From NCBI GenBank assembly GCA_030141605.1, contig JAQGDQ010000118.1, positions 529,174 to 593,173 on the forward strand: a DNA stretch of 64,000 nt, written 5' to 3'. Source of the stretch: Tubiluchus corallicola. Its lineage: Eukaryota; Animalia; Priapulida. The translations under genes and the position numbers were made by a program. This document shows positions 27,448 to 39,796 of the stretch, piece after piece; position 1 is the first letter of the stretch; each line of letters opens with the position of its first letter. The notes beneath the pieces were generated by a model. It saw nothing but the letters and a program-made list of their open reading frames with translations, was not told the origin of the DNA and did no database searches.

Positions 27448-29316
27448 ATGAGCGCTTTTCAAAACTTTTTCATTAATAAGAAGGATTCAAGTGGGTGGAC
27501 ACAACTCCACTGGGCCGTTTTTCTAAATCGAATCAGTGATGTTAAGGAATTTCTGGAAAAGGGTGCCGATACAGAAATCAGAGACAAAAAGCGCGGAAAT
27601 ACTGCGCTAATTTGTGCTGCTGCTCGTGGCTATACCAAAATCCTTGGTGTGCTATTAGATAATGGTGCAGATGTTACAGTGGTAAATGATGTTGGCAACA
27701 CAGCATTACATGAAGCTGCCTGCAAATACAGTGCTACTGTTTTACACGATGCTGAAAGTGACATATTTGAAGCGAAGCGCTGCACTGTACTTGAGTTAGT
27801 GAAACATGGTATTGATATTGCCAAAAAGAATACTGACGGAAAAACCGCTGTAGAAATTTTTATTAACCAGGCAAATAACACAGGGTTCAACAAAGATTTA
27901 AGAGAGCTGATCGGGTTTTTGTTAAGATCTTTATATGTGACCAGAAAGCTTGATGATTATTCTCCTAGTAAAGATTTGTTTTTGTCGGAACGAAGTCAGG
28001 GTATTAAAGAATGTAAATGCATTGGAGACATCGTAACGATTCCTTCAGTTGGTCGTCTTCCTCGTACCGAAGAAAATGAAGTCATTTTAGAAAGAATTAC
28101 GGCTCTGTTAAACCATGTCTGCAGAAAGATGAGGGAAACTGATGTCAGATTTGATGCAAGTCCTATTCTCGTTGGCAGTAGCTCATGTGGCATTAAGTGC
28201 GGTCTGCCAGACGAGTTTGATTTTTTCGTCGTGTTAAAAAATTTATGTGACTGCACCTTAGTTGATGGCCTTCCATCCGGTTTTGTAAAGGTGCATGTGC
28301 GTGATGAAAATAAACAAAAACTCTATGCTGAGTTTCTCGATGAAGAGTTTCTCACTATCGAAATAAAAGATTTGTTTGTTATGTTGATATGTAAGGCAAT
28401 GGATGCCGCTCTTAACGACTCACAGTTTGAGGAATCACTTTGCTTAATTAATATAGAGTGGAACAAAGTCTGCACAACTTTCAAGTTTATCTATCATGGC
28501 AATCATTACAAAGCACTCTGTATTTCTCTGGATGTTTCCCCTGTATTGGAAATGCCGGAAAAACTTGGAGCCGACGCATCAGTAGAATCACTTTGTTCGG
28601 AAATTCCCTGCCATGTTGTCTGTAAGCCATACACGGATGTGTCCGATTTAACCGTCTGGACTATGTCAACAGCAGTGATGGAAAGTCAGAGAATAAAGGA
28701 GATGCCAATTTGTAAGAAACAGGTGATGATTTTACTGAAATCATTAATGAGTGGACATTTGTACTGCCCTAGTCCAGACGTAGATATTAAGGAGCACTTG
28801 GAAGGCGAAAAATTGTATGTCAGGAAGCATCTGATAGACAAGTATCGCATCGACATTGTGAGCTTGTTTTGTGTGACAAAATTTCAACCTGGTAAATTAA
28901 TCGATTCATATCTCTTGAAGACAGCTTTTCTTCATGAATCTCAGAAGTTTGCTGCTGATGAGTTTTGGGCAGCAGATAGAGTCATTGAACGGGTGTTAAG
29001 CATACTGAGTTATATCAGTGATTGTTGTAAGCAAGGATACATGCCTCACTACATTCTTAATAATGTAAATGTGCTTAGTGAGCATATACGCAAAAGCATC
29101 CTCTCTCTGCCTCACTTGATAACATTGAGTGCGGAAGCGATCTCGACACATGTTAAGAACAATACTCTGCCAACTAAAGAGGGTGTGATGACTCTGACAA
29201 GAGAGCAAATCATAGATTTAGTGAAGAAAAGTCAGCTGAGTGAAACTTGGATGGATGATGTTGCTGATCTGTGGAATTCTATTGAAGAGGTAAAATTGAA
29301 CCCTTTTAATTGTTAA
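27448..29316 (+). CDS. Ankyrin-repeat + cGAS/Mab-21-like nucleotidyltransferase (ANK-cGLR), 622 aa
   Basis: N-terminal ankyrin repeats (GWTQLHWA, GNTALICAA, GNTALHEAA, GKTAVE). NTase core LVGSSSCGIKCGLPDEFD (G243-S244, E256, D258) and ISLDVSP (D362). Mab-21 helical-bundle motifs WTMS, CKKQVMILLKSL, SYLLKTAFLH, MPHYILNNVNVL. A splice acceptor (TTTTTATCCAG) lies just before the ATG, so an upstream exon is likely. Confidence 0.93.
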   Translation: MSAFQNFFINKKDSSGWTQLHWAVFLNRISDVKEFLEKGADTEIRDKKRGNTALICAAARGYTKILGVLLDNGADVTVVNDVGNTALHEAACKYSATVLHDAESDIFEAKRCTVLELVKHGIDIAKKNTDGKTAVEIFINQANNTGFNKDLRELIGFLLRSLYVTRKLDDYSPSKDLFLSERSQGIKECKCIGDIVTIPSVGRLPRTEENEVILERITALLNHVCRKMRETDVRFDASPILVGSSSCGIKCGLPDEFDFFVVLKNLCDCTLVDGLPSGFVKVHVRDENKQKLYAEFLDEEFLTIEIKDLFVMLICKAMDAALNDSQFEESLCLINIEWNKVCTTFKFIYHGNHYKALCISLDVSPVLEMPEKLGADASVESLCSEIPCHVVCKPYTDVSDLTVWTMSTAVMESQRIKEMPICKKQVMILLKSLMSGHLYCPSPDVDIKEHLEGEKLYVRKHLIDKYRIDIVSLFCVTKFQPGKLIDSYLLKTAFLHESQKFAADEFWAADRVIERVLSILSYISDCCKQGYMPHYILNNVNVLSEHIRKSILSLPHLITLSAEAISTHVKNNTLPTKEGVMTLTREQIIDLVKKSQLSETWMDDVADLWNSIEEVKLNPFNC

Positions 29317-29864
29317 CATCATTTACTCCTACATTTGAATTTTCATACTTTGCACTATCCATACGATATTTTAGTTTGAAATCTTGCAAGAGTTTTGGCA
29401 TTTCCCTGGAAAAATACAATGTATTAAAAACAATTGGCAAAAGCCACGTCACTGTATCCTACTTGAATCCTATTTAGGCCCACTAGGCCTATATTGAATG
29501 GGTTTGTTTTTCATAATGTAGTTAGTTGCACAGCTTACTAACGTTGAGTACAGAGACATTGTTTGTTTGACAATCAAGAATATCGATTCGTTCTTTTTAC
29601 TAGCATAGTGAGGCCATACCCACTGTAATATTTTTTTATCAATATTGTAATCAGTGCAACTAATACACAAGAAATCAGACAAAACTCTTTAGCTATATGT
29701 AGGCAACACATTAAACGGGAGAAGTGCTTAGTTACTGTCAGCTTTAAAGCAAAATGTTATCAATTAATAAACTTGAGGTGTGTTTGCAGTTTGCAGTTTT
29801 TGCACCCTAAATGCAGTAGGTGAAGGGTAAGTTACATCATTGATGCTGTGCATTGGTACCACTG

Positions 29865-30571
29865 TGTTATAACCATAAATAAAAGAGAAAATGATTGGAA
29901 TTGTGGCTTTATTCCAATTTAAAGAGCAGCACCATTCCAATTACAAGTTAAGGTGCACTGCTTAAAAGAATGCCAAACCAAAGTGTTGTAATAGGCATAG
30001 ATGTTAATTAGTTACTCAACATAACATTCTTCCCTCCTAAGAATTTGGGAACATTTAAAGCTACAATATCAATTATAAGTGTTATCAAATTGAACCAGAC
30101 AAACAGTTCAAAGTTAACAGTATTAACTCGGAAACTAAACAAAATTTAGTACAGTTAGTTTAAGATACTTATATAAAAGGGATTTGATAAGCAGTATACT
30201 GATTCACTGAATGTAATGTCCAATGCATATGAATTCTAAAATTAGCAAGAGTTTGATAAAGTTACATCCAATTCAGTTCACTACAATTAATCACAATAGC
30301 GTGCTGGCATTTTCCCTTTGTTTGCTCTAGAAGACCTCCTTACAGATTCTACTTCTTCACTGTCAAGTGCAATTTCTGTAATCTCTTCCTTCCCACTAGT
30401 GAAAACTCCATCCATCTTTGTATTAATAGTATCCTGATTTGAGACTGTTTCTGTGCGTACAACGTTATGGGAATTCACAGAAATTGCACTCCTGTGTATA
30501 ATTCTGTGTATGTGATTATGATCTTGATAAATCAATACATTATTTTGACTATTAGACATTTTATTAGCCAA
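29865..30571 (-). mobile_element. 3' remnant of an LTR retrotransposon (Pol C-terminus, PPT, 3' LTR)
   Basis: Minus ORF 30287-30571 ends VRRSSRANKGKMPARYCD (integrase-tail RRSxR..P.R motif); polypurine tract AGGAGGGAAGAA abuts a 162-bp LTR TGTTAT...ATAACA (29865-30026) containing AATAAA. Confidence 0.75.
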
Positions 30572-30868
30572 AATAAAAATTTCTGCTTTTTTTCAGTCTT
30601 ATAAAAAGTCGATAGGTTACGTTCAGCACGTTAGAAGAAAGCTAGAGGATGGTAATGATAAAGAGAAGAACAACAGTTTTCACAAGTTTGATCTTCAGGA
30701 AAGTGACAGCCACCAGTTTGTTGATATGGTAAAAGAAGAGCCTGGGGAAGTGCCGGAGAACACAAAATGCTGCCCGCCTAATAAGTGCATTTGTCAATGA
30801 CAAAGGTTCTACGGACATAGCTTTTGGAGCGTTTCTCTACCTCATACATATGTAAACTAACTTGTGTA

Positions 30869-31380
30869 CAGTCTAGCCTCGTTATCTCTCCACTGTCTGT
30901 CTGGGCAAATTTTTGGCGAGAGGCGAGTATGGCGAGATAACGGGAATATTACGAAGTTAGTCTATATGTATATACATAATAGTTGATTAACATAGTGTTA
31001 CTTTTTTATTTAAAAAACCTTTTTCAAGTATACAGTTAAATGCAATAAACTTAGCAAAATAACCAACCACAGCACTCCTAATCTAATCCTGGTGAGACAC
31101 ACTAGAGTAATTATGTCTGTCTATCGAGTACAGCAGCATTGTCTACATACCGCGGTTATATTGATCGACACGCGGTATATGTATTGATCGATTCACCTCT
31201 GAGTTTGTCTGTTTGGCGACATAACGAATATAGTTTACATAAGCACTCATCCTAGCATGACGTGGCGAGGGTGGCGACTTAACGAGGTAAATATCAAAGC
31301 AGGAAATCCGTTCTGGTACTTTCTATGGCGAGAGACGAGTTTGGCGGCATAACGAGGGGCGAGATAACGAGGCTAGACTG
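30869..31380. mobile_element. Tc1/mariner (pogo/Tigger-like) MITE
   Basis: TIR CAGTCTAGCCTCGTTATCTC / GAGATAACGAGGCTAGACTG; TA TSD on both sides. Confidence 0.9.
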
Positions 31381-31975
31381 TATTATGTTTTTATATGCCT
31401 TTGAATGATGCATAACTAAAATAATATGTAAATAATGCCTAGTTTGAGGACAATAGAGCATTTATTACCCTTGAGATTGTCACCATCAGCGGTTTTCCCA
31501 AGGCTTATGACCTTAATGACTCAAGGCCCTGGTTTGGGGAAAAGTCCGGCTGGTAACAATTCCCAGGTGTTAAATACAAATGCTACCTGATAAAAACTAG
31601 GTCTTTTTGTTCTATTATGCAACACTAGAAATTCCATATTTTGTGAATTATTACGAATCAGATTTCCAAATAGCTGATTCAAATTTCATTCACAATATTC
31701 TGAAAAGAATAAAAAATTTTGTTAGCCCGTCGTCTTTCAGCTTCAGTTACGGCACGTCTATTCAGACTAGCAAGTTTTCTGTCGTGAGTTCTCTCTGAAA
31801 GTTAAACTTGGCGAGTTTTGCTGCGTGTCAGCTCGTGCCTTCTATCGGTGAGAACTCGCAGTATCTCTCAGAGAGTTTGCAAAAACTTTTCGACGTAACT
31901 GTTCCCACTTGTGGGTTTACTCTCAAAGAAAAAAGTCACGAGATTCAACTCACTAGTCTGTGTGTGCCATTAAAA

Positions 31976-32476
31976 CAGGGGTGTGCAAATTATACTAACT
32001 AGCGGGGCCACATTAAACTTTCCCGCAATTCCTGCGGGCCACAGGCAGTTTGATCAAGGAGCCAAGTACAGAAAGGCCTAATAACGATTTTTTTGCGTCC
32101 GACCTGCGTACATCATTACTACTACACTCAAGAAACTATTTTAGAAGTTATTAAAATTTATATTACAAACCATATATTTCTACTTTCAGGACAGATAGTG
32201 GTAATTTCATTACAATGCATATTAGTAATGTGTATCACACAGTCTGTGTAGTACAGTGACATTAAGCTACAACCGTCTTGTAAGGGTTAATGGCATCCGA
32301 TCTAGTAGAAAAAACTACCCGCACTATCTTTGGGATCGTGGCACGGACTTCAGCTGAATACACTCAATTAATCGCCCGGGCCGCACTTTCATTAGGTTGA
32401 CAAATCTCTTCGCGGGCCGCACAAATTCTCTCGGCGGGCCGCATGTGGCCCGCGAGCCACAATTTGCACACCCCTG
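31976..32476. mobile_element. hAT (Charlie-like) MITE, copy 2 (inverted relative to 14834-15332)
   Basis: TIR CAGGGGTGTGCAAAT; perfect 8-bp TSD CATTAAAA. Confidence 0.92.
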
Positions 32477-33861
32477 CATTAAAATAAAGGAGTGCAATGA
32501 AGTACACTCACAGTACGCATGCTTATTGTGCATAGAGTCTACTACGAAAATCATATTTACTGATTTTTTACATCGCTAATTGGCAGAGACAGTATTTTAC
32601 ATAACAGATCTATTATTTATCAGTGACACTGTTTTGAAGATTAACAGAATTTGTTAGAAAACTTGTGTATAATAAAGTCCCATAATACTATTTCTGTAAA
32701 CGTCAGCGTCAGTAAGTATAAATTGTAACTTGCAAAAGTTCATATCAGACATGTGATATTTTACTCATAGCCATTGTTATTGCTCAGAATGTTTTAAAAC
32801 ACTTACTATTTTTAAATGGATACTATTCAACTATTTTATAACAATAATTTTATGTAATTATAATATTTTTTATATACAAGTGCACAAAGAAATTAACATT
32901 TAAATTTTGAAGGTTTTATAAATGGTCTGTTACATTTATGTCCATTTTGTATTTAATGCATGTATCATGTTAAGACTGAATCAAAGCTCAAATTTATTTA
33001 TTTGAAAATTTGAATAATGTGTAGGATAGATCTGAATTAGTTTGTTTTATTAATTAATTAATGTGTAAGATCTGTTTTCTTGTAGTAGTTTCAGAGTTTA
33101 ATGAAATTTTAAAATTTGTTTTATGTGTTGAAGTAAAAGTTGTACAAGAATCACTTGATTTTTGTAGTAAAACTGAATGAATATTTTTGTTATCTGTGGA
33201 AGCACATGTAGTTAAATTGTTTCAATTCCACTACCTCAAAATATTATAACTTTTCTGGGTAATTTTAACTTCTTTCATGTAGTTGCTGTTTCTTTGGTAA
33301 TAATTTAAAAGCAGAATGCTATTAAGATTGTGGGTTCTATAACTCTGGTATGTTGTAAGTTTTCAACAGCTTTAATAAGCTTTACAGATTCCTATAGAGT
33401 TTGCATGTTTTGAAAGTTTATATGTTTATTATATTTTATATAATTATATACAATTAACTGTAAGCTGTATTTTTGTATAAATTTATAATAATGATATCAA
33501 AGTTTGATTGCTGTACAGAAATTACTGTGGCATAAATAATGCTTTATAAAACGTAACTTCATCATTGTCTTTTTTAACACAGTTTGCAAAATATACATGC
33601 ATTTTACTAAAGCTCTTAACGTAGTTTTGAAATTATTACTAAGTCTGTCTGTATCTATTTTCTATGATTATCATGTTGAATCACTTTTGTTTGTCTCAAT
33701 TGTAAAGTTGTTACACTCAAACTAATCTCTGTTATTAACTTTGGTTTTTCCAACACTGGAGAATGTGAAGTCAAATTCTCCACCCTTACGCAGTGACATT
33801 TATTTGAAGTCACAGATTCATGTAGTGGTAGTTGTTGTTTGTTTGTTTGTTTGATTGATTG

Positions 33862-35060
33862 ATAGGCATGTAGTAAACTTGATTTAACATTGTTAACATT
33901 GTACAAATGGCAAACCACAAATGAAATTTAAATCGAATGAAATAAAGTTTAAATATTCACGCTGGGATAGGTAGGATTAAATTTTATGTGCTGTTTGTCG
34001 TTTTTGTTGCTAGGACTACAGATGAATAGGTTACAAAAAGGTTATTTAAGGTTATTTACAAACGTAGGTATAGGCTTATAGGTAGGTATAGCTACTCATT
34101 AGGCTTAGTAGGTATAACCTAGGTATAGGGTATAGGCTTAGGGTATGTAAGGGTAACGTAGGTATAGGCTTAGTAGGTATAACCTACTCATCCCATGCAC
34201 TGGATTTCAGCTCACGAAAATCTCATGATATGTATCGATTTTGTCAACTTTAACATTGAGTCATTCAAATCCATTAAATATCGTTAAAGTAATTAAGAAA
34301 GCTGCTTATTTGGAGTAACATCAGTGTTCAATGTCAAGTAGCATACTCTTTAGCTAAACTTGTATACTTACACCTTTGAGTCCAGGTACAGAATATGGAG
34401 GTGGTGCTTGGTCAATTTGCTCCTCAGACATTTTTGAAAATTGTTCTCCAAGATAAAAGGGTGTTTAGCTAATTTAATTTAGCTAACTTAAGATAGCTAA
34501 TTTAGTTTGTTAGTGCATTGCTGCAATAAACGCCTGTCAGTTGAATAAGGAAACTGACGCCCTTGTAAGTTTGAGTGAATTTTGTGACCTGGGTTCCATT
34601 TTCCAGCAAAATCTTTGATGATTCTATTACAAAAAAGTTTTGAGCACAAACAATAGCAAATGTAATGATTGGCGATTTTCATTTAAGTTTTAGAATATTC
34701 TCCTCAATGTAGAAAAACTATTAAATGCGACTTTTCGCAGTGACGTCATAATCTGAAAAATTCTAATTTGAAATTTAAAAATGAAATTTTCTATTGTATG
34801 TACGGTTTCAGTTGATACAAGTTGATACTTTCCAAGTTAAGTCGCCAAGTAACTCACAAGCGTCTTCAGCCACTCTCCTACAGTAAGTGCGACATTCACT
34901 CTCTATTTTCTGCAAAAAGTATCGAAAGTAACTCGTCGAAGTGCGCACACTGGACATTAATTCAACTCGTTGCAACTGTTGGGTTTGCAATTTATTGCTG
35001 GCAATAATTCACAAAGCAATTCATATTTGTGAGTTTGCTGTCGTGGAGAAAACTCACTAG
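33862..35060. repeat. Direct segmental duplication of the CD225 gene 5' region (matches about 39887-40845)
   Basis: Colinear blocks in both copies: GTAAACTTGATTTAAC, CCTACTCATCCCA, AAGAAAGCTGCTTATT, exon 1, GGAAACTGACGCCCTTGTAAGTTTGAGTGAATTTTGTGA, GTGACGTCA. Confidence 0.88.
34372..34431 (-). pseudogene. Orphan duplicate of CD225 gene exon 1 (MSEEQIDQAPPPYSVPGLKG)
   Basis: ATG in AAAA context, 20 intact codons, GTAAGT donor; I found no matching exon 2 or exon 3 downstream in this window. Confidence 0.7.
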
Positions 35061-35360
35061 TCTCAACGTGACATTGTAAGGCATTAACGAGCCACTATGA
35101 ACCTATTAATGAAAAAAGTTTCTTATTTTATAACTCTTTTAAGTTGTCTAAAAAGGGCAGAATCAAGCTTGTAATGCAGTCGTCAGATGCTTATTAAAAG
35201 TGACACAATTGTGACACTTTCTTTGCAGATTTTTATTTTTGCCCAACTGAATTTTTGCCCTCACTTAAGTTAAAAAAATAGGCAATTTTTAATGCAGTGT
35301 ACTTGCACTCAAAATTGTGTACACAGTTCGGAAGTAATTCAAAGTCAATGCCCCTTGTGA

Positions 35361-35520
35361 GCGGTTAAAATTGCACAGGTAAAATGGCACAAAAATAACA
35401 AAAGTAAATGTCGCACAGGAAAAAAAATCACACAAATTTAAAGTAGCTAAAAATCTCACAGGTAAAAATGGCACAGGAAAAAATGGCACAAATGGAGAAG
35501 TAGGTAAAAATTGCACATAC
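35361..35520. repeat. Degenerate ~15-bp tandem repeat (AGGTAAAAATGGCAC), likely a DNA-transposon subterminal array
   Basis: Repeated (C)AGG(T/A)AAAA(A)T(G/T)GCAC units. Confidence 0.6.
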
Positions 35521-36437
35521 GTTATTTTGATGCAGTGATTTCTATAATAAAACTAGAATACATTCAGTGGAAGCAGATATTTCCTCGGAAGCTGGACAAT
35601 CTCAAACTTGTTCATTTCGTTTTTTTATTCAAATAATGTAGTACAAAGATGAACAAGCAAAAGTAGAAAAATATACCTATATTGGTTTTACATGGACTAG
35701 CAAAGAATCAAAATAATTTATTCATTAAATAGATGTTTTATCAGTATACACAAGTATTCCATATTAATGTTTATTTACTTTTTTATTTACATATCAAGCT
35801 AAACTCATCAGATTCATCAAGCCCAAATAGTGTCCTGGTAATCATCTTTTTTATTTTTAGAAATGAATGTAATTATATTAATTATTGAACCCAATGCGGC
35901 CATTCTTGTAATTTTGGCTGATATCTTTATCTTTTTTAATATTTATAAGCCATTATATGACTCAGGTACTGCAGTATTCTATGGCATCTATTATTGTATT
36001 TTTAGGTGACCATGTTGCCGGAATTAACTTAAATTTAAACTTAAACTAATGCGTTAAGAATCTACAATCTATTACATAAATGTAGGTGGAGCAATGGCTC
36101 CTTGCTTTTCGCTAAAAATGTGCGTGGATCATTCACGTGTGTTAGTATATGACTACGTGTGCCTAAGCCCAATGAAAGTGGCTGTCGAATAAAAAGCTTC
36201 GAAAAAAAGTCCATTGGTAATTGTCAACACTTTTATCGGCAATTGTAAATTTGTTTAGATCTTAGTACTACACCTGCTTGGCAAACTATTTATTAAGAAA
36301 GGTGCTGTAACAATTCATCTTGTATTTTTTGTAATAATTTGAAAAATCCTCCCTATAGTCTCCAGTCCAGTCTCTTAATCCAGTCTCGCTGTGCAAGCCT
36401 AGAACTGTTTAAAGGATATATTGCTCTCTAAACTTTA

Positions 36438-36438
<1 letters not shown>

Positions 36439-36491
<53 letters not shown>

Positions 36492-36565
36492 TATTATTAC
36501 TATTACTGTTATTATTATTATCATCACGATTACTTTTACTGTTATTATTATTATTATTATTATTT
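36439..36565. repeat. (TAT)n microsatellite
   Basis: Trinucleotide run. Confidence 0.95.
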
Positions 36566-37148
36566 TGTATTGTACTGAGTTCTACTGCATATGGTGATTT
36601 TGGAAATGCACTTTCTATGGTACGCTCGTAGGCCTGTTTTTTCAACTTTAACCAATGCAGAACTAGCTATTGTTTATGTGATTAAATATTTAGGCCTAGA
36701 GGTCTAAATTTGGAACTGCATTCTGTGAGGCAGGCTGGAAGGCTATTTTCCTTAACAGAGCTATGTAATATTTATATGATTAAAGCATTATAGGCATTCT
36801 GAGTAATTCATTTTACTTATTTAATATATTTTTTAAAAGACTGTGCACTTTATACATGAATAACGAAAAATGCAGGCTATAGCAATCCACAATCTAGTAA
36901 AAAAACTTAAAACAAACATATCATCCAATAACAAAATCGATTTTTTATTGAAAAGCAGATTGCTTTTTTATTTTTGTTCCTGACTGCTTAACAATTTTGG
37001 TCTTGTCTTTTTTCAAATCATGACTTCACGTATTTGAGACATTACTTAGCGTGCTCTATGAATGGGTAACCTATTATAATAAACAAATTTAAGTTTAAAT
37101 TGCCCAGATTGTTACGAAAGTTTGCAATTTCTAAGTTGCCGAATGTTC

Positions 37149-39596
37149 TTAATACTTCCAAATAAACTTGTATTTTCCATTGTATTTCATCCTTAACACA
37201 TAGCTTTCGTGTTCTGGCTCAGAAACGTTGTGGTGCTTGTTGTCGTCATCATCATCATCATCTTCACGTGACTTACGGGCTGTAACACTCAAGCAAATGC
37301 AAAGAATAATAAATAAAGTAATTGCAAGACCCAAAGAAATTCCACTCCAGAGTTTGGACTTCTTTGAGGCTGCCCAGGCTTCTTCTAACCGACCCTCTGC
37401 GTTGAATTGGTCGACCTGAAAATAAGCAGCTTTAATTAAAGCTTGACATATTTGTGGCCTGGGCCTACTTAGTTGGGTGGTTTGGATGAACCTTATGTAT
37501 TTGTGGTAAATTATTACTTCATGTTTTTTCTTGTTGCTGCTGTTTGCTTCAGAAATATTTCAAAATCTTTCAAACTGTAACGGCAGAGTTGATTGAATTG
37601 ACAGATAAAGCCTCGACTCGAGATTGAATGAGAAATAGCAGATTATATTTTGTCACTTCCATTTCTTTCTAAGGACAGCTAATGGAAAACATGTTAATTA
37701 TTAATAATTAGTAACTTCTACAGCATTGGGATTTCAAAATCTTGTAGTTCATTAAGGTTTGACGAAATTTCCTGCCCCCTAATTTAAAATTCTCATATAA
37801 ATCCTCAGATTGTTAGTTTTTCTTATAATAGCCCAAAACTAAAAATATAGGTGTTTTACATGCACACATTCTGAAGACGAAAATAATTTGTCATTAATGC
37901 ACAGCACTGAATTCACACATTTTAAAACTCGATATTTTAAATATCTAATTGGTTTTTAGCAGTTTGACCTGCTTGCTTATTTTGGTTTCCAGTGTTCGTT
38001 CTGTCAGTCGGTTGGTGGGTTAGTCGATCAGTCATTCAGTTGAATTTCTGTGGTTTCTTAAAAAATCTCTTCCTGTTTTTAAACAACTTGCATTCAATGA
38101 GACAATCAGCAGCTATACTAATACCTTTGTTACATGCGTTAATTGACAAATATACTGATACTTTTGTTACGTGCATCTGTTCATGCTGACTCATTATGTT
38201 AAATATATTCACCTTTATAGCATAGTACACTGCTACGATCCCAGCAGGCCAGAAACAGCAGATGCAAGAAATGACGGCTAGAGTCAAGTTGTTGGGAGCT
38301 CCTGACCGCTCACCCAGAACTATGACAGTTGCACCAGTTGGCTGAGTTTGGTAAGCTTGGTACCCGCCTGGCCCTGATTGAATCGGGTACTGAAAAAGTC
38401 AGTGATTTTGTGACGGATGTTGGTGGAAATCTGTATAGTGTCTTGTGCCAATTCTTATGTAAACATGGCACATGTTTGAGAAAGTATGGCCCATTGAAAA
38501 CAAGTCAATGGTCTTAAGTCAATGATCCGATATACGGCCACACCATAGATGCAATGTATGTATACAATGACTTCTATGTGTATATAACGGATTGATTATT
38601 TGGCCTGATTCATACGTATTAATATATACGTTATTGAGAGATACATGTTCTTTATAACAAAGAAGGAAATTAGTTGAGCTCTTCTCCTGGTTTTTAAAAT
38701 TTCGTTGGTGCCAAAGATTTAAGTTTAATTAAAAATTTCTAAATTAAATAAAAAATAAAATAAAATTACGCGAGCTCGTGTACAGACCAAAATATAATGG
38801 TCTCACTTTGACCCTGGGATAGTGTACTGAATAACTATTTTTGTAGCTTTTCAGTAGTTTTAGCTGTTGCAATAGGTCTTCGAATTATCTGATCTTCTAT
38901 AAAGGTCTAACTTTAACTGCAATTTCTTTCTTGCAAAGCTTCGAATGAAGCGTGTACCTTTAACACATTTTAAAAACGGGCGCCATTTTTTGTCTTAATG
39001 GAATTCTTTCATTTCTGTGTGTCAGTATCTTCAGAAACTTTTCCATTCAATAGTTGTACCTCCCTTATCTCTTTGTCAGACGAAATTGTAAGGGTTGCAC
39101 TGGGGGGACAATTTACTTCAATGACAGGTACTGTAAATATCCTCAGAAAAGTTGCTTAAAATCCGTTGTTGTTCAAAATAAGAACAGCGTTTATAATATT
39201 AAAATTAGGCCTTATGCTTTCAACTTTTCTTGTTTTCAAGCTTAGCTTTTCATGTTTAATAGATCGAATTACTAAAAATACTCAATAGAATAAATGGCAG
39301 ACGGCATAGTTTAGTGGTAACGCATCTGCTTTCTGTCTGGGAGGTCGTGAGCTCGATGCTGCCAGCCAGGATGTACTAAAGCGTTTAAAAATAATACTTG
39401 TTGTTTCTCTGCCTGATGCATGGTATTTGTAGTAAAACTGGAGTAATAATAATTTTGCCCTGCCTGGCGCTTTGCACTTACTGGTAAAACCGGTATAATA
39501 ATAATCTCTATTATTGTGGTGAGATTTTTTATTCACAGTCGAAGGAAAAGTCTCATGGCAGATTTCTTTTGCATTTACAGTTGATTTTAAATAAAG

Positions 39597-39661
<65 letters not shown>

Positions 39662-39705
39662 CATTGTTGTTATTATTATTATTATTGTTGTTGCTGTTGT
39701 TGTTG

Positions 39706-39796
<91 letters not shown>

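Noticed and set aside
39058-39130. Extra CD225 exon (AG...GT-bounded segment in intron 1)
   Set aside because: It has stops in all three minus-strand frames, and exons 1 and 2 already join in phase.
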